Notes: generated by a model from the sequence alone, not told the origin. Shown: positions 34,192-45,924, numbered from the stretch's first letter. The stretch: 64,000 nucleotides of DNA from an uncultured delta proteobacterium (GCA_963832165.1 CAWHTE010000007.1:672001-736000), one strand, 5' to 3'. Translations and numbers: made by a program.

Positions 34192-35516
34192 GCTGCCTCC
34201 TCACGGGCGCGGCGCAGACACGCGACTACCGCATCGTCCAGCCCCTCGGCAAGCGCGCGCGCGGGCAGGCGCTCGAGCACCTCGAGCGCGAACCCGCGCA
34301 GCAGGAGGTCGCGCGCGCGCTGTTCGGGGATTCCGCGCGAGCGCAGGTAGAACAGCGCGTTCTCGTCGAGCCGCCCGATCGTCGAGCCGTGGCTGCATTT
34401 CACGTCGTCGGCGTAGATTTCGAGCTGGGGCTTGGTGTCGATCTCGGCGCGCGCGCCCAGGAGCAGGTTCGGGTTCGACTGCGAGGCGGAGGTCTTCTGC
34501 GCGTCGGGTCGCACGATCACGCGGCCGCGGAACACGCCGCGCGCCGCGCCGCCGAGCGCGCCCTTGTAGAGCTCCCGGCTCGTGCCGTGCGGTACCGCGT
34601 GATCCACTTCGGTGTGGTTGTCGAGCACGCTGTTGCCGCCGCCGACGAACAGACCGTCGAGAGTGCACTGCGCGCCCTCGCCCGCGAGGAGCACACCCGC
34701 GTCGTTGCGCACGAGCCGGCCGCCCAGCGTGATCGTGTGCGCGCTGAAAGTACTGTCGCGTTCCTGGCGCACCGAGAGGTTCGAGACGTGGAAGTGCGCA
34801 TCGCCCTCGCGCTGCAGCAGCACCCAGTGGACGGTCGCGTTCGCTCCCACGTGGATCTCGGTCACTGCATTGGTGAAGCCGGGACCCTCGCCCACGCTCA
34901 CGTGATCCTGGACGATCGTCACGCGGCTGCCCGCCTCCGCCACGACCACGACGCGCGGATGGGCCATGTGCGGCTGCGCGCCGCCGACGCTCGCAAACAC
35001 CAGATGCAGCGGCTGTTCGAAGGCGACGCCGCGCGGCGCGCGCACGACCGCGCCGTCGCTCGCGAACGCCGAGTTGAGCGCGGCGAACGGGTGCAGCTTG
35101 ATGTCGACGTAGTGATCGAGACGCGCCTCGATCGGGCTCGTGCCGTCCGCGAGCAGCGCGGCCAGGCTGTCGCAGCGCGCTCCGCCGGGCAGGCCCGGTG
35201 CCGAGGACAGCGCGGGCAACGCGCGGCCGTTCGAGAACGCGTACAGGCTGCACGCGAACAGCGGCGTCGCGAGCTCCTCGAGATCGGCGCGCTCGATGCG
35301 CGCGGGCTCTGCGAGCGAGAACGGCAGCGCTGCGAGCGGAGCGAGGCTCGTGTAGCGCCACTCTTCCTCGCGCGTGCTCGGTAGCCCGCGCTCTGCGAAC
35401 GCAGCGATCGCGTCGCGTCGGTGCGCCGCGAGCCAGGCCGGCTCTCCGCGGCGCGTTTCCGCGAACGCGCGGTGCTCGGCCACGAAGCGGTCGCGCGCGG
35501 TCTCGAGCGCGCTCAT
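34188..35516 (-). CDS. sufD: Fe-S cluster assembly protein SufD
   Basis: EEWRYT, KPQLEIYADDVKCSHG and FYLRSRGI motifs. Confidence 0.95.
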
Positions 35517-36273
35517 CGCGCCGTTCCCTCGACCCAGCCGTAGCCCTTGTCCTCGAGCTCGAGCGCGAGCTCCTTGCCCCCGCTCTTCACGATCCGACCG
35601 CCCGCCAACACGTGCACCGCGTCGGGCACGATGTAGTCGAGCAGGCGCTGGTAGTGCGTGATCACGAGCATCGACCGCTCGGGATGGCGCAGCGCGTTGA
35701 CGCCGTCCGCGACGACCCTCAGCGCGTCGATGTCGAGCCCCGAGTCGGTCTCGTCGAGCACCGCGAACTTCGGCTCCAGGATCGCCATCTGGAGGATCTC
35801 ATTGCGCTTCTTCTCGCCGCCCGAGAACCCTTCGTTGACCGAGCGCTGCATGAGCTTCTCGTCCATCTCGACGAGCTTCATCTTCTCGCGTGCGAGCGCG
35901 AGGAAGTCGATCGCGTCGAGCTCCGGCTCTCCGCGGTGGCTGCGCACCGCGTTGAGCGCGGCCTTGAGGAAGTACATGTTCGCGACGCCCGGAATCTCGA
36001 CGGGGTACTGGAAGGCCAGGAAGATTCCCTCGCGCGCGCGCTCCTCGGCCGACAGCGCGAGCAGGTCGCGGCCCTCGTAGCGCACCGATCCGCGCGTGAC
36101 CTCCACCGAGGGACGACCCGCGAGCACGTTGGCGAGCGTGCTCTTGCCCGATCCGTTCGGGCCCATGATCGCGTGCACCTGGCCGGGCGGAATGACGAGG
36201 TCCACTCCCTTGAGGATCTCGGCACCGCCGGCAGTCGCGTGCACGTCCGAAAGCTCGAGCATCGGCGTCCCCA

Positions 36274-36274
<1 letters not shown>
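35513..36274 (-). CDS. sufC: Fe-S cluster assembly ATPase SufC
   Basis: MGPNGSGKST, FQYPVEIPGV, FSGGEKKRNE and LDETDSGLD motifs. Confidence 0.96.
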
Positions 36275-37734
<1,460 letters not shown>

Positions 37735-37747
37735 GGGGGTTCCTTGG

Positions 37748-38224
37748 TTAGGTCAGCGGTCGCGTGTCGAGGCCGGTCGTATCCACGCCGAGGCTCGCGA
37801 GCGGGACGAGCGAGCCGGGTGCGTCGAGCGCGGCGAGATCGGCCAGGCGGATCCGCGAGAGCGCGTCGTGCACCGCCCGATTGATCCGCTGCCATGGCGT
37901 GCGCACGTGGCAGCGCGGCTCCTGTGAGCACGCGCCCTCGTGCAGGTTGCAGTCAGTGAGCGCGATCGGGCCCTCGAGCGCCGCGATCATGTCGGGCACC
38001 GTGATGCTCTCGGCGGGGCGCGCGAGCCGATAGCCGCCCTTCGCGCCGCGCGCCGACGCGAGCAGACCTTCGCGCGCGAGCGCCTTGAGCAGCTTGCTCA
38101 CCGCGGGTAGCGGGAGCTGGGTCTCGGCGGCGATGTCGCGCGCTGCGTGCGGGCCCTCCCCGGCGCTCGCGAGGTGCGCCATCAGCACGATGCCGTAGTC
38201 GGTGAGTCTGCCCAGGCGGATCAT
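37748..38224 (-). CDS. Rrf2-family SUF system regulator
   Basis: [19 protein letters not shown] and three Cys (CNLHEGAC...C); first gene of the suf operon. Confidence 0.92.
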   Translation of the reverse strand: MIRLGRLTDYGIVLMAHLASAGEGPHAARDIAAETQLPLPAVSKLLKALAREGLLASARGAKGGYRLARPAESITVPDMIAALEGPIALTDCNLHEGACSQEPRCHVRTPWQRINRAVHDALSRIRLADLAALDAPGSLVPLASLGVDTTGLDTRPLT

Positions 38225-38253
38225 GGCTGTGCTCCGTACGTCCTCTTGCACGA

Positions 38254-38300
38254 TAAGGGACCGAACCGGTCCTGTAAATATCGGACCGCTGAGGTCCCCT
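38254..38300. promoter_or_regulatory. Tandem GGACC-N5-GGTCC palindromes, probable Rrf2 operator
   Basis: GGACCgaaccGGTCC (38258-38272) and GGACCgctgaGGTCC (38283-38297), just upstream of the Rrf2 start. Confidence 0.7.
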
Positions 38301-38351
38301 ATGGACTCCGAAGTGGCACGTTGATGGAATTACCCTGTGTTTTCAGTGCCT

Positions 38352-39593
38352 TCAGCCGCCGGATGCGATCAGCGACCCCAGCGCGGGAAGGCCATCGCGC
38401 GGCCAGTCGAGCGGGGGGCTCTGGAGCTCTCCCGGGCTGCAGACCCGCGAGGCGCCCAGCGCGCGGAGCCCGGCTTCGACCCCGGGCTGGGCGCGGCCGA
38501 AACCCGCAACCGCGACGCCGGCGAGGTGCGCCGCGAGCGGCCCGAGCGCGTGGCCGAGCTGCTCGGGTGCAGGGAGCGGGTGCACGCGGACGAAGCGGTG
38601 CAGCGGAGCCGGACGCAGCGCCGCTTCGGACTCGCAGACGACCGCCCAGCTCGCGTCGCGCGCAGCGTGCACGGTCACCTGCGAGCCCGCGGCCGCGCGC
38701 AGCTCGGCGCCCGCGAGCTCGTGGGCGAACAGCGCGGCCGCACCCGCGTCGACCGCGCCGCGCGGCAGCGCGCGACCGACTGCGTCGAGCTCGCGCGCGA
38801 GCGCGTCTGCGACGCGCCGACACGAGCTGGTGTCGCCTGCGACGTAGACCGCGATCGGCGATAGACAGCCCAGCTGATCCCAGAGCGCCGTGTCGAGCGC
38901 GATGCCGCGCGCGGCGGCGTCGAGTGCGCCGCCGTCGCAGGACTCCGGGCCGAGCAGCGCGAGCGAGAGCCGGTGCCCGTGGCGCAGCAGCGCCTGGTGC
39001 GGGCGCATCCGCTCAGCGACCGCAGCGATCGTCGCGTCGGAGCCCGTCGCGAGTACGCAGCTCGCGCCCAGGAAGGCCTCCATGCACGCCGCATCCGTAC
39101 CCGCGAATCCGACCACCTCCACGCAGCGGCCAAGCTCGGGATCGATCGCCGCGATCGAGCGCGCGACGAGCGGCGCGGTGATCCGGTCCCGCGCGGCGGT
39201 CTTCACGAGCACGGGTGAGCGCAGCGCGAGCGGCGCGATCACTGAGAGCAGCGCCGGCATCGGAATCGAGCCCGCGAGCAGCACCGAGGTCACGTCGTAC
39301 CCGCGCGCGAGCTCTCCACTGCGCGCGAGCTCGCGCTCGGCGAGCGCGCGCAGCGCGTCGCCGGTCCAGGGTGCGAGCCCACGCGCGAGCCCCTCGAGCA
39401 CGTTCTGCGGCGAGAAGCCGGTCGCTGCGGGCAGCTCGCGTTCGAGCGCGCTCCGCTCGGGCCCTTCGCGATCGCGCCAGCGCTCGAGCACGGCGGCGAG
39501 CGCGTCGATCACTGCGCGCGCGGGCCGCCGCCGCAGCTCTTCGCCAGCCGCGCGCAGCGCCGCGAGGCGCGCGCGCAGCGCGTCGGGTGTCAC
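38352..39593 (-). CDS. Acyl-CoA/acyl-protein reductase, LuxC-like
   Basis: ALDH-fold motifs LAGSIP, VLVK, ATGSDATI, HGHRLS; catalytic Cys in WDQLGCLSP. Confidence 0.85.
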   Translation of the reverse strand: MTPDALRARLAALRAAGEELRRRPARAVIDALAAVLERWRDREGPERSALERELPAATGFSPQNVLEGLARGLAPWTGDALRALAERELARSGELARGYDVTSVLLAGSIPMPALLSVIAPLALRSPVLVKTAARDRITAPLVARSIAAIDPELGRCVEVVGFAGTDAACMEAFLGASCVLATGSDATIAAVAERMRPHQALLRHGHRLSLALLGPESCDGGALDAAARGIALDTALWDQLGCLSPIAVYVAGDTSSCRRVADALARELDAVGRALPRGAVDAGAAALFAHELAGAELRAAAGSQVTVHAARDASWAVVCESEAALRPAPLHRFVRVHPLPAPEQLGHALGPLAAHLAGVAVAGFGRAQPGVEAGLRALGASRVCSPGELQSPPLDWPRDGLPALGSLIASGG

Positions 39594-40711
39594 GGCCCCG
39601 CGTCCGCGAGCAGCGCGTCGGCGCCGATCGAGCAGCCGCGCTCCTCGGCGTCGGCGTCGCGGCCGATCACCTCGAAGCCGTCGCCGATCGCGCAGCCGAG
39701 ATCGGCCGTCTCGAGCGCACACACGCTGCCCGTGTTCGCGAGGTCGTGCACCGCGATGCGGCCGCGCGCGCCCGGTGCGACCTCCTCGCCGCTGATCGGA
39801 TCCAGGATCCGCACGCGCGTCCACGGCGGCGCGATTTTGCGGCGCGGCGCAGCCGGCTCGCGCAGCAGCGAGTCGTAGAACTGGCTGCCGAGCTCGGTCA
39901 TCCCGTATTGATTGACGATGCGCGCGGGCGGCACACCGAGGCGGTCCTCGATCCAGCCGTAGAGCTCGGCGCGCGGCAGGCTGCGCGAGCGCCCCTTGAA
40001 CCCGCCCGTCTCCATCACGCGCGCAGCGCGCGGCAACGCGAAGCGGATGGCGCGGCGCTCGAGCTCCTCGAGCAGGTGCACGAACGCGAACGCGGTGCCG
40101 CCGACGAACACGGCTCGATCCGCGCGCGACGCCGCTTCGAGCTCGCGCAGCGCGCGCGGCACGTCGAGCCCGCCGCTCTCGATCCAGTGGCTGCTCTCCG
40201 GGCTTCCGGCCTCCCGCATCGCGATGTCGAACATGTGCGAGAGCGAGGAGTCGCTCGCCTCGCGCGCGCTCGGCGCGAGAACGTGGAACGGAATCCGCTC
40301 GCGCGGCGCGAGGTCGGGCAGCAAGGCGCGCGCGAACGATGCGAACAGCGACGCCTCGTAGACCGCGAGCGTATCGAGCAGCAGCGCGCCGCGCTGCGCG
40401 TGCGCGGTAGTGCCGCTGGTGCGGAACACGAACGCGGCGCGCTCGCGTTCGAAGCTCGTGAGCGAGAGCTCCTTGAATGCGCCGGTCGGGACGGCGGGCA
40501 CGTCCTGCCAGCGGCGCACGACCGCGGGCGTGCGCCCGCGCGCTTCGCAGAAGCGGCGATAGGGTGCGCAGCGCTCGAACTGGAACGCGAACAGCGCGAG
40601 CGCGAGATCCTCGAAGCGCGCGTCGTCGCCGCGCCACGACGTCTCGCGGGTCCACGCGATCACGGCCGCATCGAGCTCTGCGCGCGCGGGGTCGGGTCCG
40701 GCGACGCTCAT
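39590..40711 (-). CDS. Acyl-protein synthetase, LuxE-like
   Basis: FRTSGTT, METGGFKGR, NQYGMTELGSQFY, DLANTGS and C-terminal RGCS acylation Cys. Confidence 0.88.
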   Translation of the reverse strand: MSVAGPDPARAELDAAVIAWTRETSWRGDDARFEDLALALFAFQFERCAPYRRFCEARGRTPAVVRRWQDVPAVPTGAFKELSLTSFERERAAFVFRTSGTTAHAQRGALLLDTLAVYEASLFASFARALLPDLAPRERIPFHVLAPSAREASDSSLSHMFDIAMREAGSPESSHWIESGGLDVPRALRELEAASRADRAVFVGGTAFAFVHLLEELERRAIRFALPRAARVMETGGFKGRSRSLPRAELYGWIEDRLGVPPARIVNQYGMTELGSQFYDSLLREPAAPRRKIAPPWTRVRILDPISGEEVAPGARGRIAVHDLANTGSVCALETADLGCAIGDGFEVIGRDADAEERGCSIGADALLADAGP

Positions 40712-41962
40712 CGCAGCTCGTCCACGAGCGCGTCGAGCGCGAAATCGAGCGCTTCGCGGCCGATCGAGAGCGGCGGCGAGAGCGCGATCACGCGCGCGTC
40801 GTCGCCGGCCGGCAGCGCGATCACGCCGCGCGCGAGCAGGCCGCCGAGTGCGCTGCGCACCACTTCGGGCCCGCTGCACTCCACGCCCAGCAACAGCCCG
40901 CGGCCGCGCACCTCGGTAACCCTCGCGAGGTCGGCGGTGGCGCCGCGAAGCCGCGAGAGCACCTGCGCCCCGACCTCTGCAGCGCGCTCGACGAGCTTCT
41001 CCTCCTCCAGCACGGCGAGCGACGCGAGCGCAGCTGCGCACGCGGGCGGATGTCCGAGGAAGGTCTGGGTGTGGAGCGCTTCCCCGCGCGAGGGCGGCCA
41101 GGCATCCATCACCTCGGCGCGCCCGATGCACGCGGAGATCGGCATGCCCGAGGAGAGGCCCTTGCCCACGCACAGCAGGTCGGGCCGCACTCCCTCGTGT
41201 TCGCACGCGAACCACGCGCCCGTGCGCCCGAAGCCCGTGTAGACCTCGTCGGCGACGAGCAGCCATCCCTCGGCGTCGCACACGCGGCGCAGCTCCGCGA
41301 GAAAGCCCGCGGGCGGGACGCGCTCTCCCCCGCGGCCCTGGATCGGCTCGACGATCACCGCGCCGACGGCGCGTTCCACACGCGGCCGCCGCGCGGCGCA
41401 CGTCGGCGGCATCCCCAAAGTGCGCAAACGCGGTCGCGTGCGCGAGCCGTGCCGCGAACGGCGCGCGGAACTCGTCGCGGTGCGTTGCATCGAGCGCTCC
41501 GATCGCGAGCCCGTGATAGGCGCCCTCGAACGCGACGACTCCCGTGCGCCCGGTCGCGAGTGCCGCGGTCTTCAGCGCGATCTCGACCGCATCGCTGCCC
41601 GACGATCCGAGCACTGCGCGCGCGGGACCTCCGCCCGGAAAGCGCCGCGCGAGCGCCTCGAGCAACTCCACCTTGACCGGTGACGGATGGACGTCGCCCA
41701 TCGCGTGCATGAGCGTGGCCGCCTGCTCCGCCACGGCGCCCACCACGCGCGGATGCGCGTGGCCGACGTTCGCGACCCCGAACGCCGCGCCGAGGTCGAC
41801 ATAGCGGTTGCCGTCGACGTCCCAGACGTTCGCGCCGAACGCGCGCTGCCAGAAGATCGGCTCGGGGTCGAGGCAGGTGACGTTGCGCGACTCCACGAGC
41901 GCGAGGCGCCTCGCGAGCTCGCGCGAGCGCGGGCCGGGGACGCGCGTGTGAAGCGCGGGCAA
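40708..41962 (-). CDS. Class III PLP aminotransferase (frameshift near 41373; start approximate)
   Basis: WDVDGNRYVD, SGSDAVEIALK, AYHG; EPIQGRGG, DEVYTGFGRTG, PDLLCVGK and VRGRGL motifs. Confidence 0.9.
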
Positions 41963-42010
41963 TATCGGTGTGGGGGGCCACGCGCGGCAGTGTAGCTGTA
42001 AGATCGCGTC

Positions 42011-42560
42011 GTGACGGCGAATCCCACACCGGCGGCCGAGCGCGCGCGGGCGGGCGAGCACACCGCCTACGTCGCGCTCGGATCCAATCTCGGCGAACGC
42101 GAACACCACCTCGCGGCCGCGCTCGCAGCGCTGCGCGCGCTGCGCGGGGTTCGCGACGTCGCGTCTTCGCGCATCTACGAGACCGATCCGGTCGGGCCGG
42201 GCGAACAGCGGCCCTATCTGAACGCGGTCGCGCGTCTGCACACGCACCTCGCACCGCGCGAGCTGCTCGAGCGGTTGCTCGCGATCGAGCGCAGTGAAGG
42301 TCGCGAGCGCGGCGCCGGTGCGCAACGCACCGCGCACGCTCGACCTCGACCTGCTGCTCTACGACGATTGCGAGCTCAGTGAGTCGGACCTCGTCGTTCC
42401 GCATCCGCGCATGACGCAGCGCCCGTTCGTACTCGAGCCGCTCTGCGAGCTCGCACCCGATCTCGTGATCCCGGGCCTGGGTGCGCGGGTCTCCGCGCTC
42501 GCCGAGGCGGTTCGCGACCCGGACGCGGTGCGCGTGCGCGAGACTCGAGTCGGGAGGTAG
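42011..42560 (+). CDS. folK: HPPK, 2-amino-4-hydroxy-6-hydroxymethyldihydropteridine diphosphokinase (frameshift near 42314)
   Basis: [23 protein letters not shown] and [15 protein letters not shown] in the second frame. Confidence 0.93.
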
Positions 42561-42562
42561 TG

Positions 42563-42865
42563 ATGGCGATCGCGGCGGTCAGCATCTCGCCGGTCGGTGT
42601 CGGGACCAGCGTCTCCCGGTACGTGGCGGCTGCGCTCGAGGTCGTGCGCGCACAGGACCGCGTTCGCTACCGGCTCGATCCGATGTTCACCACGCTCGAA
42701 GGTGAGCTCGGCGACATCTACGCGCTCGTCCATGCGATGCAGGAGGCGGTGTTCACCGCGGGCGCCGAGCGCGTGGGTACCGTGATCAAGATCGACGACC
42801 GGCGCGATCGCACAGTGCGCATGGAAGACAAGATTTCCTCCGTCGAGCAGCTGCTCGGAGACTGA
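42563..42865 (+). CDS. MTH1187/YkoF thiamine-binding family protein
   Basis: SVSRYVA, PMFTTLEG and IKIDDRRD motifs. Confidence 0.88.
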   Translation: MAIAAVSISPVGVGTSVSRYVAAALEVVRAQDRVRYRLDPMFTTLEGELGDIYALVHAMQEAVFTAGAERVGTVIKIDDRRDRTVRMEDKISSVEQLLGD

Positions 42866-42871
42866 GCCCGC

Positions 42872-44527
42872 TTGCGCCTAGCCTCTCCGCTTATGCTGCT
42901 CGCGACTCTGATCGCGACCGGGGCGGTCTATGCGCAGGTCGCGCGCTTCGAGTTCGTGAGCTGGGACGACCCGCTCTACGTGACGTCCAACGCGCAGGTG
43001 CAGGGTGGCCTGTCGGCAGCGGGCGCGGCCTGGGCGCTGACCTCGCGAGCGGACAGCAACTGGCTCCCGCTGACCTGGCTCTCGCACATGCTCGACGTGG
43101 AGCTGTTCGGCATGTGGGCCGGCGGCCACCACATCACCAACCTGTTGCTCCACGCGATCGACACCGCGCTCTTGTTCGCGCTGTTGCTTGCGGCGACGCG
43201 CGAGCGCTTCGCGAGCGCATTCGTGGCGGCGCTGTTCGCGCTCCACCCGCTCCACGTCGAAGTCGTGGCGTGGGTCTCCCAGCGCAAGGAGCTGCTCTCG
43301 ACCGGCTTCGGGTTGCTCTCGGCGCTCGCCTACGTCGCCTGGACCCGGCACGGCGGAGCCGCGCGCTATGCGGGGTGCGTGATCGCGTTCGCCGCGGCGC
43401 TCGCCTCCAAGTCGATGCTCGTGACGCTGCCGTTCGCGCTGCTGCTGTTCGATTACTGGCCACTCCGCCGCACGCGCTTCGGCGCGCGGGACGCGCAGTC
43501 GACCTCGCCCGCGCTGGCACGGCTGCTGCTCGAGAAGCTGCCGCTGTTCGCGCTGTCGTTCGCGGCGAGCGCGTCCGCGTTCGCTGCACAGCACATCGCG
43601 CGCAGTCACGCGCCGGACGTGCCGCTCGCGCTGCGGCTCGCGCACGCGGCGGTCGCACCGTTCCGCTATCTCGGGCTCGCACTGTGGCCCAGCGATCTGT
43701 CGGTGCTCTATCCGCATCCGTACGCGCCCGAGCTCGGCGGAGAGCCGTGGTCGCACGCGACCGTGGCGGCCGCGGTCGTCGCGCTGGTCGCGATCACCGC
43801 GGGCGTGCTCGCCGCGCGGCGGCGTCCCTACCTCGCGGTCGGCTGGCTCTGGTTCCTCGGCACGCTCGTTCCTGTGATCGGCCTGGTGCAGATCGGGCCG
43901 CAGGGGCTCGCCGATCGCTACACCTACGTGCCGCTGATCGGGCCGTTCATCGCGCTCGCGTGGGGCGCGCGCGACCTGATCGCCGCGCTGCGCGCGCGTT
44001 GGCGCTCCGCGCCGCAGATCGCCGCATCGGCGCTCGCGGCGGTCGCGCTCGCCGCGTCCGGCGCTGCGAGTCACGCGCGCGCGCGCGTCTGGCACGACTC
44101 CGAGAGCCTCTACCGCGCCTCGCTGGCCGCGACGCCGAGCAACCCGGTGCTGCTCTACAACCTCGGCGTCGCCCAGGCGCAGCAGGGCCGGGTCGAGGAC
44201 GCCGTTCGCAGCTACGAAGCGGCGCTCGCGATCGACCCGGGGCATCCGGCCGCCAACACCAACCTCGGAAACATCCGGCTGCGCGCGGGGCAACCCGAGC
44301 GGGCGATCGAGCATTACCGCGCGGCACTGCGCCGGGACCCCGACGACGTCGAGACGCTCCAGAACCTCAGCCGCGTGCTCGCGTGGCGTGGGGAGGTCGC
44401 CGAGGCGCTCGCGCAGCTGGAGCGGGCGGTCCAGCTCGCTCCGGAGAATCCCAGCGTGCGCCGCGACCTGGATGCGGTCCGAGCGGCACTCCCAGGAGGA
44501 GCCGGGAACCCCGAGGCCATTCATTAG
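42872..44527 (+). CDS. TMTC-like GT-C membrane glycosyltransferase with C-terminal TPRs
   Basis: WDD, WLPLTWLS, FALHPLHVEVVAWVSQRKE and ADRYTYVP motifs; TPR repeats. Confidence 0.85.
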   Translation: MRLASPLMLLATLIATGAVYAQVARFEFVSWDDPLYVTSNAQVQGGLSAAGAAWALTSRADSNWLPLTWLSHMLDVELFGMWAGGHHITNLLLHAIDTALLFALLLAATRERFASAFVAALFALHPLHVEVVAWVSQRKELLSTGFGLLSALAYVAWTRHGGAARYAGCVIAFAAALASKSMLVTLPFALLLFDYWPLRRTRFGARDAQSTSPALARLLLEKLPLFALSFAASASAFAAQHIARSHAPDVPLALRLAHAAVAPFRYLGLALWPSDLSVLYPHPYAPELGGEPWSHATVAAAVVALVAITAGVLAARRRPYLAVGWLWFLGTLVPVIGLVQIGPQGLADRYTYVPLIGPFIALAWGARDLIAALRARWRSAPQIAASALAAVALAASGAASHARARVWHDSESLYRASLAATPSNPVLLYNLGVAQAQQGRVEDAVRSYEAALAIDPGHPAANTNLGNIRLRAGQPERAIEHYRAALRRDPDDVETLQNLSRVLAWRGEVAEALAQLERAVQLAPENPSVRRDLDAVRAALPGGAGNPEAIH

Positions 44528-44602
44528 CCCTGTATATCAGTCGGGATTTGTTGAAATAGTCTCGAGTTCCGGTACGGTTTCTCCGATCCCAGCTGGGACC
44601 CA

Positions 44603-45364
44603 ATGTCCTCCAATCGCCTCAATCCGCTGTCGAACGAGCTTCTGAGCGTCATCCGCTCGGGCGAGGCTGAGACGTGGAGCCCCCAAGAAATCCTCACTTG
44701 GGGAATCAAGAATTTCCGACCCAGGATCGCGCTGTCCTGCTCGTTCGGTGCGCCCGAGGGTCTCGTCCTGCTCGACATGATGGACCGGATCGATCCGGAG
44801 TCGCGCGTGTTCGTTCTCGACACGGGCCGATTGCCGCAGGCGACGTACGACCTCATCGACCGCGTTCGGGAGCGCTACGACAAGCGCATCGAGGTGGTCG
44901 CGCCGGACGGTGCGGCCGTCTCCGCGATGGTCGGCGAGCACGGCATGAATCTGTTCTACGACTCGGTCGAGAAGCGCCAGCTGTGCTGCGGCGTGCGCAA
45001 GGTCCAGCCGCTGAAGCGCTACCTCGGCGAGCTCGACGCCTGGGTGACCGGGCTGCGCCGCGACCAGAATTTCACGCGCAGCGATACGGCCAAGATCCAG
45101 ATCGACCACACCCATGGCGGCATCGTCAAGCTGAACCCGATTGCCGACTGGACGCGCGCGCAGGTGCTCGACTACGTGCGCGCACACAACGTCCCGACCA
45201 ACCGGCTCCACGGCAAGGGCTATCCGTCGGTGGGCTGCGAGCCGTGCTCGCGGGCGGTGCGCCCGGGCGAAGATGATCGCGCGGGGCGCTGGTGGTGGGA
45301 GAGCGCCGGCAATCGCGAGTGTGGGATCCACTTCGGCGAGGAGGGCCAGGGATCCGGTATCTAG
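44603..45364 (+). CDS. cysH: Adenylyl-/phosphoadenylyl-sulfate reductase (Fe-S, APS reductase type)
   Basis: LDTGRL, CCGVRKVQP, TGLRRDQ, GYPSVGCEPC and ECGIH motifs. Confidence 0.95.
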   Translation: MSSNRLNPLSNELLSVIRSGEAETWSPQEILTWGIKNFRPRIALSCSFGAPEGLVLLDMMDRIDPESRVFVLDTGRLPQATYDLIDRVRERYDKRIEVVAPDGAAVSAMVGEHGMNLFYDSVEKRQLCCGVRKVQPLKRYLGELDAWVTGLRRDQNFTRSDTAKIQIDHTHGGIVKLNPIADWTRAQVLDYVRAHNVPTNRLHGKGYPSVGCEPCSRAVRPGEDDRAGRWWWESAGNRECGIHFGEEGQGSGI

Positions 45365-45924
45365 CCCGATTCCGCTCGGCTGCGCCTCGCTCAGCGTCGA
45401 CCGACTCCGTCGGCCTCCTTGCGAGACGCGAGTTCCTTGTCGCGTGCGCTGGCGCCGCGCTGTGGCCGGTCCTCGGCGCGAGCCGCGCACGCGCGGCGAA
45501 CGAGCTCCCGACCGCGCTGCTCGAGTCGAGCCCGTTCGTCTACATCTCGCCGCTGCGCGCCGACGGCAGCGAGAGCACCTGCCACGGCGAGGTCTGGTAC
45601 GGCTGGATCGACGGCGCCGTGTTGATCAACACGGCCCCGATCACCTGGAAGAGCCGCGCGCTCGCGAAAGGGCGCGATCGCGCGCGGATCTGGGTGGGCG
45701 ACCACGGCCGCGTGAAGCAGATGATCGGCAAGAACGAAGCGTTCCGCAGCGCGCCGCACTTCGACGCGCGCGTGGATTCGGTCAAGGACGGCGACGCGCT
45801 GCTCGAGCGCCTGCTCGTGCTCTACGCGAAGAAGTATCCCCGCGAGATCGACACCTGGCGCGACAAGATGCGCGACGGCTACAAGAGCGGCGATCGGCTG
45901 CTGCTGCGCTACACGCCCGTCTAA
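45292..45924 (+). CDS. Hypothetical Tat-exported protein with PNPOx-like split-barrel features (start uncertain)
   Basis: RREFL twin-arginine motif, h-region and ARA site; VYISPLRADG...EVWY...KKY pattern. Confidence 0.6.
   Translation: MVGERRQSRVWDPLRRGGPGIRYLARFRSAAPRSASTDSVGLLARREFLVACAGAALWPVLGASRARAANELPTALLESSPFVYISPLRADGSESTCHGEVWYGWIDGAVLINTAPITWKSRALAKGRDRARIWVGDHGRVKQMIGKNEAFRSAPHFDARVDSVKDGDALLERLLVLYAKKYPREIDTWRDKMRDGYKSGDRLLLRYTPV

Noticed and set aside
38313..38328. Second TGGCACG sigma54-like element
   Set aside because: The -12 position reads GA rather than GC, and it points antisense into the luxC-like gene.
39590..42337. Apparent aminotransferase-LuxE fusion (915 aa)
   Set aside because: The aminotransferase C-terminal half is in another frame and stops at 40708; LuxE has its own ATG at 40711.
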